DNA of 64,000 nucleotides from an uncultured Eubacteriales bacterium (GTDB lineage Bacteria > Bacillota > Clostridia > Oscillospirales > CAG-272), in NCBI GenBank assembly GCA_934486825.1, contig CAKSQF010000003.1:25771-89770 (forward strand), given 5' to 3'. Position numbers and translations under genes: made by a program. The notes beneath the pieces are model-generated. The model was given only the letters and a program-made list of their open reading frames with translations. It was not told where the DNA came from and searched no databases. Within the stretch, counting starts at the first letter, position 1, and every line of letters starts with the position of its first letter. Shown piece by piece: positions 15,692 through 24,570 of the stretch.

Positions 15692-16984
15692 TTACTTTTG
15701 TGATTTGATAAGCGCCTGCTCAATGTCCGCAATTATGTCATTGACATTTTCAATGCCTATCGACATGCGGATAAGATCGGGCGATACGCCTGCATCAACA
15801 AGCTGTTCGTCGTTGAGCTGCCTGTGAGTTGTCGATGCCGGATGAAGAACCGACGTGCGCGCATCCGCAACATGGACGACAATCTGTGCAAGTCTGAGAC
15901 TGTCCATGAATTTTACCGCTGCATCTCTGCCGCCCTTTACGCCGAAGGATATTACGCCCGACTGACCGTTCGGAAGATACTTCTTTACAAGCTCGCGGTC
16001 GGGGGAGGATTCAAGCCCGGGATAGTTTACCCATGCAACTTTGTCGGAACCCTCAAGGTAACGTGCAACCGCAAGTGCGTTTTCACTGTGACGGATTATG
16101 CGGAGCGGGAGCGATTCAAGCCCGAGATTAAGAATGTAGGATGCGATCGGTGCTGGAGTCATGCCGAGATCGCGCATGAGCTGTGTGCGCGCCTTGGTGA
16201 TATACGCCTTTTTGCCGAACGATTCGGTGTACACGATTCCGTGATATGATTCGTCCGGGGTTGACAGTTCGGGGTAACGTCCGTTTGCGGTCCAGTCGAA
16301 GTTGCCCGAATCGACGATCACACCGCCGACGACCGACGCGTGTCCGTCCATGTATTTTGTCGTTGAGTGGATCACTATGTCGGCTCCGAACTCAAAGGGA
16401 CGGCAGAGAACCGGGGTCGCAAAAGTGTTGTCCACAATGAGCGGAATACCGTGCCGATGCGCAAGATTTGCGTATCTTTCGATGTCAAAAACCTTGAGAA
16501 CCGGGTTGGCAATTGTCTCTCCGAATATAAGGCGGGTCTTGTCGTCGATAAGAGCCTCTATCTGCTCGTCAGTCATATCGGGCGTTGCAAATCTGACCTC
16601 AATGCCCATTCTTTTCATCGTGAAGGCGAGAAGATTTGTGCTTCCGCCGTATATCGTTGTCGAAGCTATGATATTCTGCCCGCAGGAGGTGATGTTGAAC
16701 ACCGAGATAAATGTTGCCGCCTGCCCGGACGAGGTGCAGAGCGCACCGACGCCCCCTTCCATGTCGGAGATTCTTTCCTCAACGGCAGAAACGGTCGGAT
16801 TTGATATTCTTGAATACATATGACCGTCAACCTTGAGGTCAAACAGCTCTCCGAGATAATCGGATGAATCGTACTTGTATGTTGTAGACTGATAAATCGG
16901 TAGAATACGCGGCTGACCGTTTGACGGGGTATATCCCGATTGCACCGCCTTCGTTTCTATTTGGTAATCCTTCTGATCTTTCAT
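15692..16984 (-). CDS. metY: O-acetylhomoserine sulfhydrylase (PLP-dependent, MetY/Cys-Met metabolism family)
   Basis: Contains TTYKYDSSDYLGELFDLKVDGHMYSRISNPT, and HSTTKYMDGH with the PLP lysine. It lies 18 nt upstream of metA. ATG 16984 is preferred over GTG 16990. Confidence 0.85.
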   Translation of the reverse strand: MKDQKDYQIETKAVQSGYTPSNGQPRILPIYQSTTYKYDSSDYLGELFDLKVDGHMYSRISNPTVSAVEERISDMEGGVGALCTSSGQAATFISVFNITSCGQNIIASTTIYGGSTNLLAFTMKRMGIEVRFATPDMTDEQIEALIDDKTRLIFGETIANPVLKVFDIERYANLAHRHGIPLIVDNTFATPVLCRPFEFGADIVIHSTTKYMDGHASVVGGVIVDSGNFDWTANGRYPELSTPDESYHGIVYTESFGKKAYITKARTQLMRDLGMTPAPIASYILNLGLESLPLRIIRHSENALAVARYLEGSDKVAWVNYPGLESSPDRELVKKYLPNGQSGVISFGVKGGRDAAVKFMDSLRLAQIVVHVADARTSVLHPASTTHRQLNDEQLVDAGVSPDLIRMSIGIENVNDIIADIEQALIKSQK

Positions 16985-17034
16985 TGTCACACTGCCTTTC
17001 TTTTTTGACGGTATATCAGACCGTCATTCCGATA

Positions 17035-17064
17035 ATTATATAATAAAAAACAGATTATGTCAAG
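17035..17064 (-). promoter_or_regulatory. sigma-A-type promoter of metY-metA
   Basis: Minus strand reads TTGACA-18 nt-TATAAT. This leaves only about 45 nt of leader before the start codon. Confidence 0.5.
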
Positions 17065-17115
17065 TGGGGAAGCGGTCTGCCTTTGCGTCTGTCTGATCGT
17101 CGGCAGGCAACGGGA

Positions 17116-17991
17116 TTATTTCCGGTTTTTTTCGCCGCCTTTTGATCTTCTTTTTCCGGTGCGTATGACCGCAAACACTATTATGAGACAGACAGCCGCA
17201 AATATAAGCGCATAAGGCAGATTTACGATGACAAAGACGGCAACCGAGGTTGCGTCCGAGGCAATCGTTGAAAAGGTTTGTTTCAGACCGTCTTTTACTC
17301 TCTCGCCGAAGCTTTTGTCGTTTGTGTCGCTGTATACACCGACCTCGCAGACATCCAGCGTGATTGTTGAATAATCGATTTTGTTGTCAAGCTCGCGGAG
17401 CTGTGACTTGTAGCTGTCAAGCTTGTAGATAACGTCGGTAAGCTGATTGCGGATTTCAAGGATCGCCGACGTATCCGTTGCTTCCGACAAAAGTTTTTCG
17501 AGAGCCGTTTTTTCGCTTTCAAGCGCACTTATCCTGCTTTGAGTGTCAACATGGTTCAGCGTAACGTCGTTCGAGTTTTCGGATTGCGAGATGATTCTGC
17601 AATCCGAATCGAGCAGCTTCAGAAATTCGTCGGTCCTGTCGGCGGGAATACGGCAAACAAAGCTTGCGCTTCTGGAAAAATATTCGGTAGAATATCCGTT
17701 GCCGTTGGACTTCCCGCTCTCTATATATCCGTCCAGCCGCACTGTTTCGGAGCGGATGCGGTCGCTGAGCAGATTAAAATTCTCGGTCTCGGCGCTTATC
17801 GAGATTGTACGGGTCATTTTTCTGTCCGCGCCGACTGTGACAGAATCGGTGCGGTCGGTATTGCGGTCGCTGCTTTCAAAGCCTTTTTCAGGGTCGGAAC
17901 CGTCGGGAGAGTATTTGCCGCCTGCACTGCCGCATGCGGTCATTGTAAGGGAGAGGACAAAAATCAGAACGAACAGACAGATTTTTTTCAT
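17116..17991 (-). CDS. DUF4349-family lipoprotein
   Basis: Lipobox LSLTMTACGS. Central region: ...SASFVCRIPADRTDEFLKLLDS...NDVTLNHVDTQSRISALESEKTALEKLL. C-terminal TM helix plus a basic tail. Confidence 0.6.
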   Translation of the reverse strand: MKKICLFVLIFVLSLTMTACGSAGGKYSPDGSDPEKGFESSDRNTDRTDSVTVGADRKMTRTISISAETENFNLLSDRIRSETVRLDGYIESGKSNGNGYSTEYFSRSASFVCRIPADRTDEFLKLLDSDCRIISQSENSNDVTLNHVDTQSRISALESEKTALEKLLSEATDTSAILEIRNQLTDVIYKLDSYKSQLRELDNKIDYSTITLDVCEVGVYSDTNDKSFGERVKDGLKQTFSTIASDATSVAVFVIVNLPYALIFAAVCLIIVFAVIRTGKRRSKGGEKNRK

Positions 17992-18282
17992 GCTACTTTT
18001 CCTTTCGTCTTGCCGTCGGGCGGCACGGTTTTTATCTGATATTCATTATAAGCGACAAGTGTGAACAATTCAAGAACAACCGAAGTCTGTGCACATTTGC
18101 ATTATTATTGTATAATGTCGGCAATAAAAAGTAAAGAAAAAAACACGAATTGTGCATAAAATCAAAAAAATCGTAAACTTCGACAAAAAAACTGTTCGAA
18201 ATTTGTGCATTATAACATCAAATCGACTGTATTTTTTCTTCAAATTCTACATGTAATAAACGGTAAAAAAACATGCTGATTA

Positions 18283-18311
18283 TTGAAAAATTACATGGAT
18301 TGTGGTATAAT
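18283..18311 (+). promoter_or_regulatory. sigma-A-type promoter upstream of the glg operon
   Basis: TTGAAA (18283-18288), a 17-nt spacer, then TATAAT (18306-18311). Confidence 0.6.
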
Positions 18312-18320
18312 ACGCATGAG

Positions 18321-18431
18321 AAAGTCTTGCGTTGCAAGACTTTCGGGGAGCTTCGCTCCCGTGTGCGCAACCCGCGCACCACGCTCCTTGGAAAACGTCG
18401 CAAAAATGCCCTTGCAAGCAAGCATTTTTGC
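18321..18431 (+). promoter_or_regulatory. four consecutive perfect hairpins in the glg leader; candidate small RNA or attenuator
   Basis: Hairpins are at 18321-18343 (10 bp), 18346-18360 (6 bp), 18363-18379 (6 bp) and 18400-18431 (10 bp). The last is followed by TTGTATTT. Confidence 0.4.
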
Positions 18432-18564
18432 TTGTATTTCACGGATGATACAGTAATATAAAAGATTTGCATATAAAATCCGATGATGCCGTGCGTCGAT
18501 CGCGTGAGGCAACGAAAAAAGAAAAATATCAAAAACAACAATTCGGATCAGGAGGAACGGTAAT

Positions 18565-20502
18565 ATGTTGAAAACCGATAATCTCGCGCTTTATCTGTTC
18601 CATCAGGGAACAAATTATCATGCACATGACTATATGGGCGTTCACAGGGCGGATCACGGCTACTGCTTCAGAACATGGGCGCCGTCGGCGGAACGCGTTC
18701 TTCTGGTCGGCGATTTCAACGGCTGGCAGGGACAACCCATGACCAGGATATCCGACATGGGCGTCTGGGAGATAACGGTTGATGCCGATGACCTTGAGGG
18801 GCAGAAATACAAATATGTTGTATGCTCCGCATCAGGCGAGCATTACAAGGCGGATCCGTACGCCGCATACGGCGAAACGCTCAAGGCAACCGCGTCGATC
18901 GTTTATACAAACGAAAAATACAAATGGACAGACGCGCGCTGGCTTACAAAGCGGCGCATGATTGCTGCGGGTGACGAGTTCTATGCCGCTCCCATGAATA
19001 TTTACGAAATGCATCTCGGTTCGTGGCGCACGCGCGACGGCAAGACGACAAAGGACGGCGAAAACTATCTGAACTATCGTGAGATTGCCGATCAGCTTGT
19101 GCCTTATGTCAAAAAAATGGGATATACGCATGTCGAGCTGATGCCGATAGGAGAGTACCCGTTTGACGGTTCGTGGGGATATCAGGTCTGCTCCTACTTT
19201 GCGCCGACCGCGCGTTTCGGGACGCCGGAGGATTTCAGATATTTCGTGAACACTCTTCATACAAACGGAATCGGCGTGATTCTCGATTGGGTTCCCGCAC
19301 ATTTTCCCAAAGACGAACACGGTCTTTGCAATTTTGACGGCGGTCCGCTTTACGAATATCAGGGTTGGGACCGTATGGAGCATACCGAGTGGGGAACACG
19401 ATGCTTTGATGTCGGCAGAAACGAGGTGGAGTGTTTCCTTATATCATCGGCGATGAGCTGGCTTGAACGGTATCATATCGACGGTCTGCGCGTCGATGCA
19501 GTGGCATCAATGCTCTATCTTGATTATGCGAGAAAGCCCGGCGAATGGGTGCCGAACATTTACGGTGAAAACAAGAACCTTGAAGCAATTGCCTTTTTCA
19601 AAAAGCTGAACACGGCGCTTTTTGCGGCGCATCCGGATATATTGATGATAGCCGAGGAATCGACGTCGTGGGCATCGATAACAAAGCCGGTTTCGGAAGG
19701 CGGGCTGGGCTTCAATTTCAAATGGAACATGGGCTGGGCGAACGATATGTACGATTATGTGCAGACCGACCCCTATTTCAGAAGATATCATCACAAGGAT
19801 CTGAACTTCTCGCTTTCGTATGCATTCAGCGAAAATTATATACTTCCGGTGTCGCACGACGAGGTCGTGCACGGCAAAAAGTCGCTCATAGACAAGATGT
19901 GGGGGACATATCATCAGAAATTCGCCGGAATGAGAATATTCGAAGTCTGGCAGATGACCCATCCCGGAAAAAAGCTCACCTTCATGGGATGCGAGTACGG
20001 GCAGTTCCGCGAATGGGATTACGAAAACCAGCTTGAATGGTTCATGCTGGATTTCGAAAAACACAGACAGCTTCACGACTTTACGGCAACGCTCAACAAC
20101 CTTTATCTCAAAAGGCGTGAGCTGTGGGAGCGGGATTTCTCATGGTCCGGCTTCGACTGGATCTACGCCGACCGCGACGCGGACAATCTTATAGCCTTCA
20201 GACGCATGGACAGAGCGGGGCATGAGCTGGTTGTTATTATAAATTTCTCGGCTGTCGGTTATAAAGGCTACGGCTTCCCGGTGAAGGGCAAGGCATACCG
20301 CGTCCTGCTTTCGACCGACGACGAGGAATTCGGCGGCAGCGGAATGAAATACCCCGGAATCATCGCCCGGAACGATATGGATATGATTACCCTCGACCTT
20401 GCACCTCTGTCGGCGGTAATTCTCGAACCGATAAACGAGCGTACCGTGCAGAAAAAGAAAAGGACAAAAAAACAGACGGCGCAGACAGACGGCAAACAGT
20501 GA
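18565..20502 (+). CDS. glgB: 1,4-alpha-glucan branching enzyme
   Basis: GH13 branching-enzyme motifs: IGVILDWVPAHF, GLRVDAVASMLY, IAEESTSW and HDEVVHGK. The ORF is 645 aa. Confidence 0.92.
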   Translation: MLKTDNLALYLFHQGTNYHAHDYMGVHRADHGYCFRTWAPSAERVLLVGDFNGWQGQPMTRISDMGVWEITVDADDLEGQKYKYVVCSASGEHYKADPYAAYGETLKATASIVYTNEKYKWTDARWLTKRRMIAAGDEFYAAPMNIYEMHLGSWRTRDGKTTKDGENYLNYREIADQLVPYVKKMGYTHVELMPIGEYPFDGSWGYQVCSYFAPTARFGTPEDFRYFVNTLHTNGIGVILDWVPAHFPKDEHGLCNFDGGPLYEYQGWDRMEHTEWGTRCFDVGRNEVECFLISSAMSWLERYHIDGLRVDAVASMLYLDYARKPGEWVPNIYGENKNLEAIAFFKKLNTALFAAHPDILMIAEESTSWASITKPVSEGGLGFNFKWNMGWANDMYDYVQTDPYFRRYHHKDLNFSLSYAFSENYILPVSHDEVVHGKKSLIDKMWGTYHQKFAGMRIFEVWQMTHPGKKLTFMGCEYGQFREWDYENQLEWFMLDFEKHRQLHDFTATLNNLYLKRRELWERDFSWSGFDWIYADRDADNLIAFRRMDRAGHELVVIINFSAVGYKGYGFPVKGKAYRVLLSTDDEEFGGSGMKYPGIIARNDMDMITLDLAPLSAVILEPINERTVQKKKRTKKQTAQTDGKQ

Positions 20503-20568
20503 AAACGAAGCTCATATAAAAGGCAGATATTTATATGCAGATATTTATATAAAGGAGACTATGGTAGT

Positions 20569-21777
20569 ATGTTTCAGAAAAAAGAATGTGTTGCAATGCT
20601 TCTTGCCGGCGGTCAGGGAAGCAGGCTGTATACTCTGACCGAGAAAACCGCGAAGCCTGCCGTATCCTTCGGCGGGAAATACCGGATAATCGATTTTACC
20701 CTCTCAAACTGTATAAATTCGGGAATTGACACTGTCGGTGTGCTCACTCAATACCAGCCGCTTGTGCTCAACGAATATATAGGCAACGGCGCTCCGTGGG
20801 ATCTTGACCGCAATATGGGGGGAGTCATGGTGCTTCCGCCGTATCAGAAGATGAGCGGTACCGACTGGTACAAGGGAACGGCAAACGCCATATGCCAGAA
20901 CCTTGCATATATAGACAGATACGATCCCGATTACGTGCTTGTTTTGTCGGGTGACCATATTTACAAGATGGATTACTCGGCGATGCTTGATTTCCACAAG
21001 GAAAAGGAAGCCGATTGCACGATCGCGGTTCTTTCGGTGCCGATAGAGGAAGCCTCCAGATTCGGTATAATGAATACCGATGATGACAACAGGGTTTTTG
21101 AGTTTGAGGAAAAGCCGGCACATCCGAAATCAACCAAGGCATCTATGGGTATATACATTTTCAGCTACAAAAAGCTGAAGCATTATCTTATTGAAGACGA
21201 TCACACCGAGGGCTCGTCGAACGATTTCGGCAAAAACATAATCCCGACCATGCTGAGAAACGGAGAGAGAATGTACGCATATCCGTTCAAGGGCTATTGG
21301 AAGGATGTCGGAACCATAAACTCGCTTTGGGAAGCGAACATGGATCTGCTTGGGAACCCGCCGAAGTTCAATCTTCATGATAATGACTGGAGAATTTTCT
21401 CAAGGTCCGAGTCGGACCCGGGGCAGTATGTCGGCGACGGGTCGGAGATATCGGATGCCTTCATAACCGAGGGTTGCGAGATATACGGTACGGTTGAACA
21501 TTCGGTGCTTGGCGACGGGGTTTATGTTGCACCGGGCGCGGTGGTGCGCGACAGCGTAATTATGGAGAACACAACGATCGGCGAAAATGCGGTTGTTGAA
21601 TATTCGATTGTCGCCGCAAACACCGATGTCGGTCGCGGTTCGCACATAGGAGACCGCCATGAGAATGGCGCAAAGATTACGGTCGTCGGTTCGGAGCTCA
21701 GACTGCCCGAAGGCACACGGATTGCAGGCGGCGAAATGGTAAACGAAAAGAAGCTCAGAGAGCTCATAAACGGTTAA
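20569..21777 (+). CDS. glgC: glucose-1-phosphate adenylyltransferase, catalytic subunit
   Basis: [43 protein letters not shown], plus a C-terminal left-handed beta-helix. Confidence 0.92.
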   Translation: MFQKKECVAMLLAGGQGSRLYTLTEKTAKPAVSFGGKYRIIDFTLSNCINSGIDTVGVLTQYQPLVLNEYIGNGAPWDLDRNMGGVMVLPPYQKMSGTDWYKGTANAICQNLAYIDRYDPDYVLVLSGDHIYKMDYSAMLDFHKEKEADCTIAVLSVPIEEASRFGIMNTDDDNRVFEFEEKPAHPKSTKASMGIYIFSYKKLKHYLIEDDHTEGSSNDFGKNIIPTMLRNGERMYAYPFKGYWKDVGTINSLWEANMDLLGNPPKFNLHDNDWRIFSRSESDPGQYVGDGSEISDAFITEGCEIYGTVEHSVLGDGVYVAPGAVVRDSVIMENTTIGENAVVEYSIVAANTDVGRGSHIGDRHENGAKITVVGSELRLPEGTRIAGGEMVNEKKLRELING

Positions 21778-21790
21778 GGGAGGGAGAAAG

Positions 21791-22927
21791 ATGGCATACG
21801 CATCCGGAATTATTTTTTCAAATCTGCACGATCAGAATGTGAGCGAGCTTACAAGACGCCGTACAATGGCATCGATACCGTTCGGAGGCAGATACCGACT
21901 CGTCGATTTTCCCCTTTCCAACATGGTAAATGCCGGAATAAGGAATGTTTCGATAATTACTCATTACAATTATCAGTCGCTCATGGATCATGTTGGTTCG
22001 GGCAAGGACTGGGATCTTGCAAGGAGGACCGGCGGTCTGAAAATACTCCCGCCGTATATTGCGGCGTATTCGAGCTATGCGGCAAGTGAACTGTACGAAA
22101 ACAGGCTGACAGCGCTCATGTCTATCAGCAATGCGATCTCCCACATGCCGGGCGACTATATTGTGATGTCCGACTGCGACAGCATATGCAACATCGATCT
22201 TGACGATATGCTGGAGCAGCATATAAAATCGGGGGCAAAGATAACCTTTGCAGTCAAAAAGGTTGCTCTTACTGCCGAGAAATGCAGTAACTACAATATT
22301 ATTTTTTCGGACAATGACGGAAATATCACCGATATAATCACTCACCCGAAGAACATCGAGGGAGAGATGGATATAAACATCAATATTGCGATCGCAAGCA
22401 GAAATTATCTTGAAGCGGCTCTGCTTGATGCTGCCGCACACGGATACACCAGTCTCACGCGTGATGTCGTTTTGCGCAATATCGGACGCGAATGTTTCAG
22501 GGTTTATCGTTTTGACGGCTTTTTTGCAAATATAACCTCGATGAACGATTATTTCGACTGTAACATGTCGCTTCTGAAAAAGGAAAACCGCGAAAATCTC
22601 TTCAAAATAAAGAACAGACCGATCCTGACAAAGGTAAGAAACAGCGCACCGACAAAATATTCGGACGACTGCACCGTCAGAAATTCGATGATCGCCGATG
22701 GCTGCGTAATAAACGGTACCGTTGAAAACTCCATACTTTTCCGCGGAGTAAAGGTCGGCAAGGGAACGGTCGTCAGAAATTCGATTCTGTTTCAGGATAC
22801 AACGACGGGCGAAAATGTCACGCTTAACTGCGTGATTGCCGACAAGAATGTGGTCGTCAGAGACGGAGTGATGCTGTCGGGACACAGTACAATGCCTCTG
22901 TATATTGACAAGGGCAAGCTGATCTGA
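21791..22927 (+). CDS. glgD: glucose-1-phosphate adenylyltransferase, GlgD subunit
   Basis: A paralogue of GlgC that lacks the GGxGxR motif (TMASIPFGGRYRLVDFPLSNMVNAGI). It sits in the conserved glgC-glgD position. Confidence 0.85.
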   Translation: MAYASGIIFSNLHDQNVSELTRRRTMASIPFGGRYRLVDFPLSNMVNAGIRNVSIITHYNYQSLMDHVGSGKDWDLARRTGGLKILPPYIAAYSSYAASELYENRLTALMSISNAISHMPGDYIVMSDCDSICNIDLDDMLEQHIKSGAKITFAVKKVALTAEKCSNYNIIFSDNDGNITDIITHPKNIEGEMDININIAIASRNYLEAALLDAAAHGYTSLTRDVVLRNIGRECFRVYRFDGFFANITSMNDYFDCNMSLLKKENRENLFKIKNRPILTKVRNSAPTKYSDDCTVRNSMIADGCVINGTVENSILFRGVKVGKGTVVRNSILFQDTTTGENVTLNCVIADKNVVVRDGVMLSGHSTMPLYIDKGKLI

Positions 22928-22953
22928 ACAATTATTTGAAAGAAGGTAATTAT

Positions 22954-24378
22954 ATGAAAATACTGTATGTCGGCGGAGAAGCGGTTCCTTTCGTATCAAC
23001 CGGCGGACTCGGTGACGTGCTCGGCTCGCTTCCGGCTGCTATCGCAAAGGAGAACAGTGAGAACGACGTAAGGGCTGTTATACCGCTCCATTCGAAAATT
23101 CCGTCGGTATGGAAGGATAAAATGACAGTTGCCGCATCCTTTGACGTGCATCTTGCATGGCGCGTTCAGCATGCCGATATCATGAAGCTTGAAAAAGACG
23201 GCGTTGTATATTATTTTGTCGCAAACGACTATTATTTCAACAGGAACAATGTTTACGGCGAATATGACGACGGTGAAAGGTATGCGTTTTTCTGCAAGGC
23301 GGCTGTTGAGATGCTTCCGAGAATCGGATTTACTCCGGACGTGTTGCATGCAAACGACTGGCAGGCGGCGCTGTCGATAATATATCTGCGCAAGCAGCAG
23401 AACTATCCGAACACGAGAACGGTATATACGATACACAACATCGAATATCAGGGAAAGTTCCCGACGGCGATTCTCGGAGATGTTTTCTCGCTCTGGAATA
23501 CCGATCTGCCCGAGCTTGAGTATGACGGATGCATAAATCTGACAAAAGGTGCCATTGTCTGCTGCGACAAGCTGACGACGGTCAGCCAGCGTTACAGCGA
23601 GGAGATACGTACTCCCTATTACGCGTACGGTCTTGCCGATATCATTTCGTTGTACGCCGGAAAGACCTGCGGCATAGTGAACGGTATCGATACCGATTAT
23701 TATAATCCCATGACAGACCCGGTGATCTGCGGCGGACATTACAGTGCAAAATACCATACGTTTTCGGGCAAGGCAGGCAACAAGGCGGCTCTGCAGAAGG
23801 AGCTTGGTCTGCCCATTGATCCGGACAAGCCGCTTATCGCGATGGTTACAAGGCTTGTTCCCCCGAAAGGACTTGACCTTGTACGTGCCATGCTCGGCGA
23901 GATAATGCAGGGAGAGTCACAGTTTGTAGTGCTCGGAACCGGCGAGCATGATTATGAGGAGTTTTTCAGAGGTCTTGAAAATTATTATCCCGATAAGGTA
24001 AGGGCTCTGCTCAGATTCGACAAGGAGCTTTCGAGAAAGATATATGCCGGAGCCGATGTTTTTCTCATGCCGAGCCAGTCGGAGCCGTGCGGACTTTCGC
24101 AGATGATAGCCTGCCGCTACGGTGCCGTACCGGTCGTAAGAGAGACCGGCGGACTGTACGATACCATCAAAGCATTTGATGAAACCACGGGAGAGGGCAA
24201 CGGCGTGACTTTCTATGCCTTTTCTCCTTATGAAATGAAGGATGCTGTCGGACGTGCGCTCAGATTCTATTATGAAAAGCCGCTTTGGAAAAAGCTTGTG
24301 AGAAACGCAATGAACAGCGATTTTTCATGGAGCGCGTCGGCGAAAAAGTACATGGAAATGTACAATTCGATGTTCTGA
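22954..24378 (+). CDS. glgA: glycogen synthase (ADP-glucose type, GT5)
   Basis: MKILYVGGEAVPFVSTGGLGDVLGSLP; also HANDWQAAL and MPSQSEPCGLSQM. Confidence 0.92.
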   Translation: MKILYVGGEAVPFVSTGGLGDVLGSLPAAIAKENSENDVRAVIPLHSKIPSVWKDKMTVAASFDVHLAWRVQHADIMKLEKDGVVYYFVANDYYFNRNNVYGEYDDGERYAFFCKAAVEMLPRIGFTPDVLHANDWQAALSIIYLRKQQNYPNTRTVYTIHNIEYQGKFPTAILGDVFSLWNTDLPELEYDGCINLTKGAIVCCDKLTTVSQRYSEEIRTPYYAYGLADIISLYAGKTCGIVNGIDTDYYNPMTDPVICGGHYSAKYHTFSGKAGNKAALQKELGLPIDPDKPLIAMVTRLVPPKGLDLVRAMLGEIMQGESQFVVLGTGEHDYEEFFRGLENYYPDKVRALLRFDKELSRKIYAGADVFLMPSQSEPCGLSQMIACRYGAVPVVRETGGLYDTIKAFDETTGEGNGVTFYAFSPYEMKDAVGRALRFYYEKPLWKKLVRNAMNSDFSWSASAKKYMEMYNSMF

Positions 24379-24432
24379 CGGCATTGCCGCAGGACGGTCG
24401 GGACAAACGAAAAATAAGTATTCCCGCAATAC

Positions 24433-24468
24433 AAGCAATGCCGCTTATGCGGCATTGCTTTGCTTGTT
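24433..24468 (+). terminator. rho-independent terminator or processing hairpin between glgA and glgP
   Basis: 12-bp stem AAGCAATGCCGC / GCGGCATTGCTT with loop TTAT, followed by TGCTTGTT. Confidence 0.65.
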
Positions 24469-24570
24469 GATACTGCTTAAGTACAAAAGGAAGATTGCTT
24501 TGGCGACATTCTGCATATAATAATAAAGAGCGGATGCATCGCGCAAAGACAAGTCGGAAAGGAATTGAAA

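Noticed and set aside
16985-17115. I looked for an S-box/SAM-I riboswitch or a T-box upstream of metY.
   Set aside because: Only about 125 nt are available, and about 45 nt lie downstream of the best promoter. None of the conserved S-box helices or a T-box specifier/T-box sequence are present.
18179-18185. TTCGACA, the reverse complement of the Spo0A box TGTCGAA, lies upstream of the glg operon.
   Set aside because: A single 7-mer is expected by chance several times in 64 kb. There is no second box or positional support, so it is not reported as a site.
21818-22999. A 393-aa antisense ORF lies opposite glgD.
   Set aside because: It is a shadow ORF. glgD on the plus strand has clear family motifs and operon context, and the antisense translation has no recognisable features.
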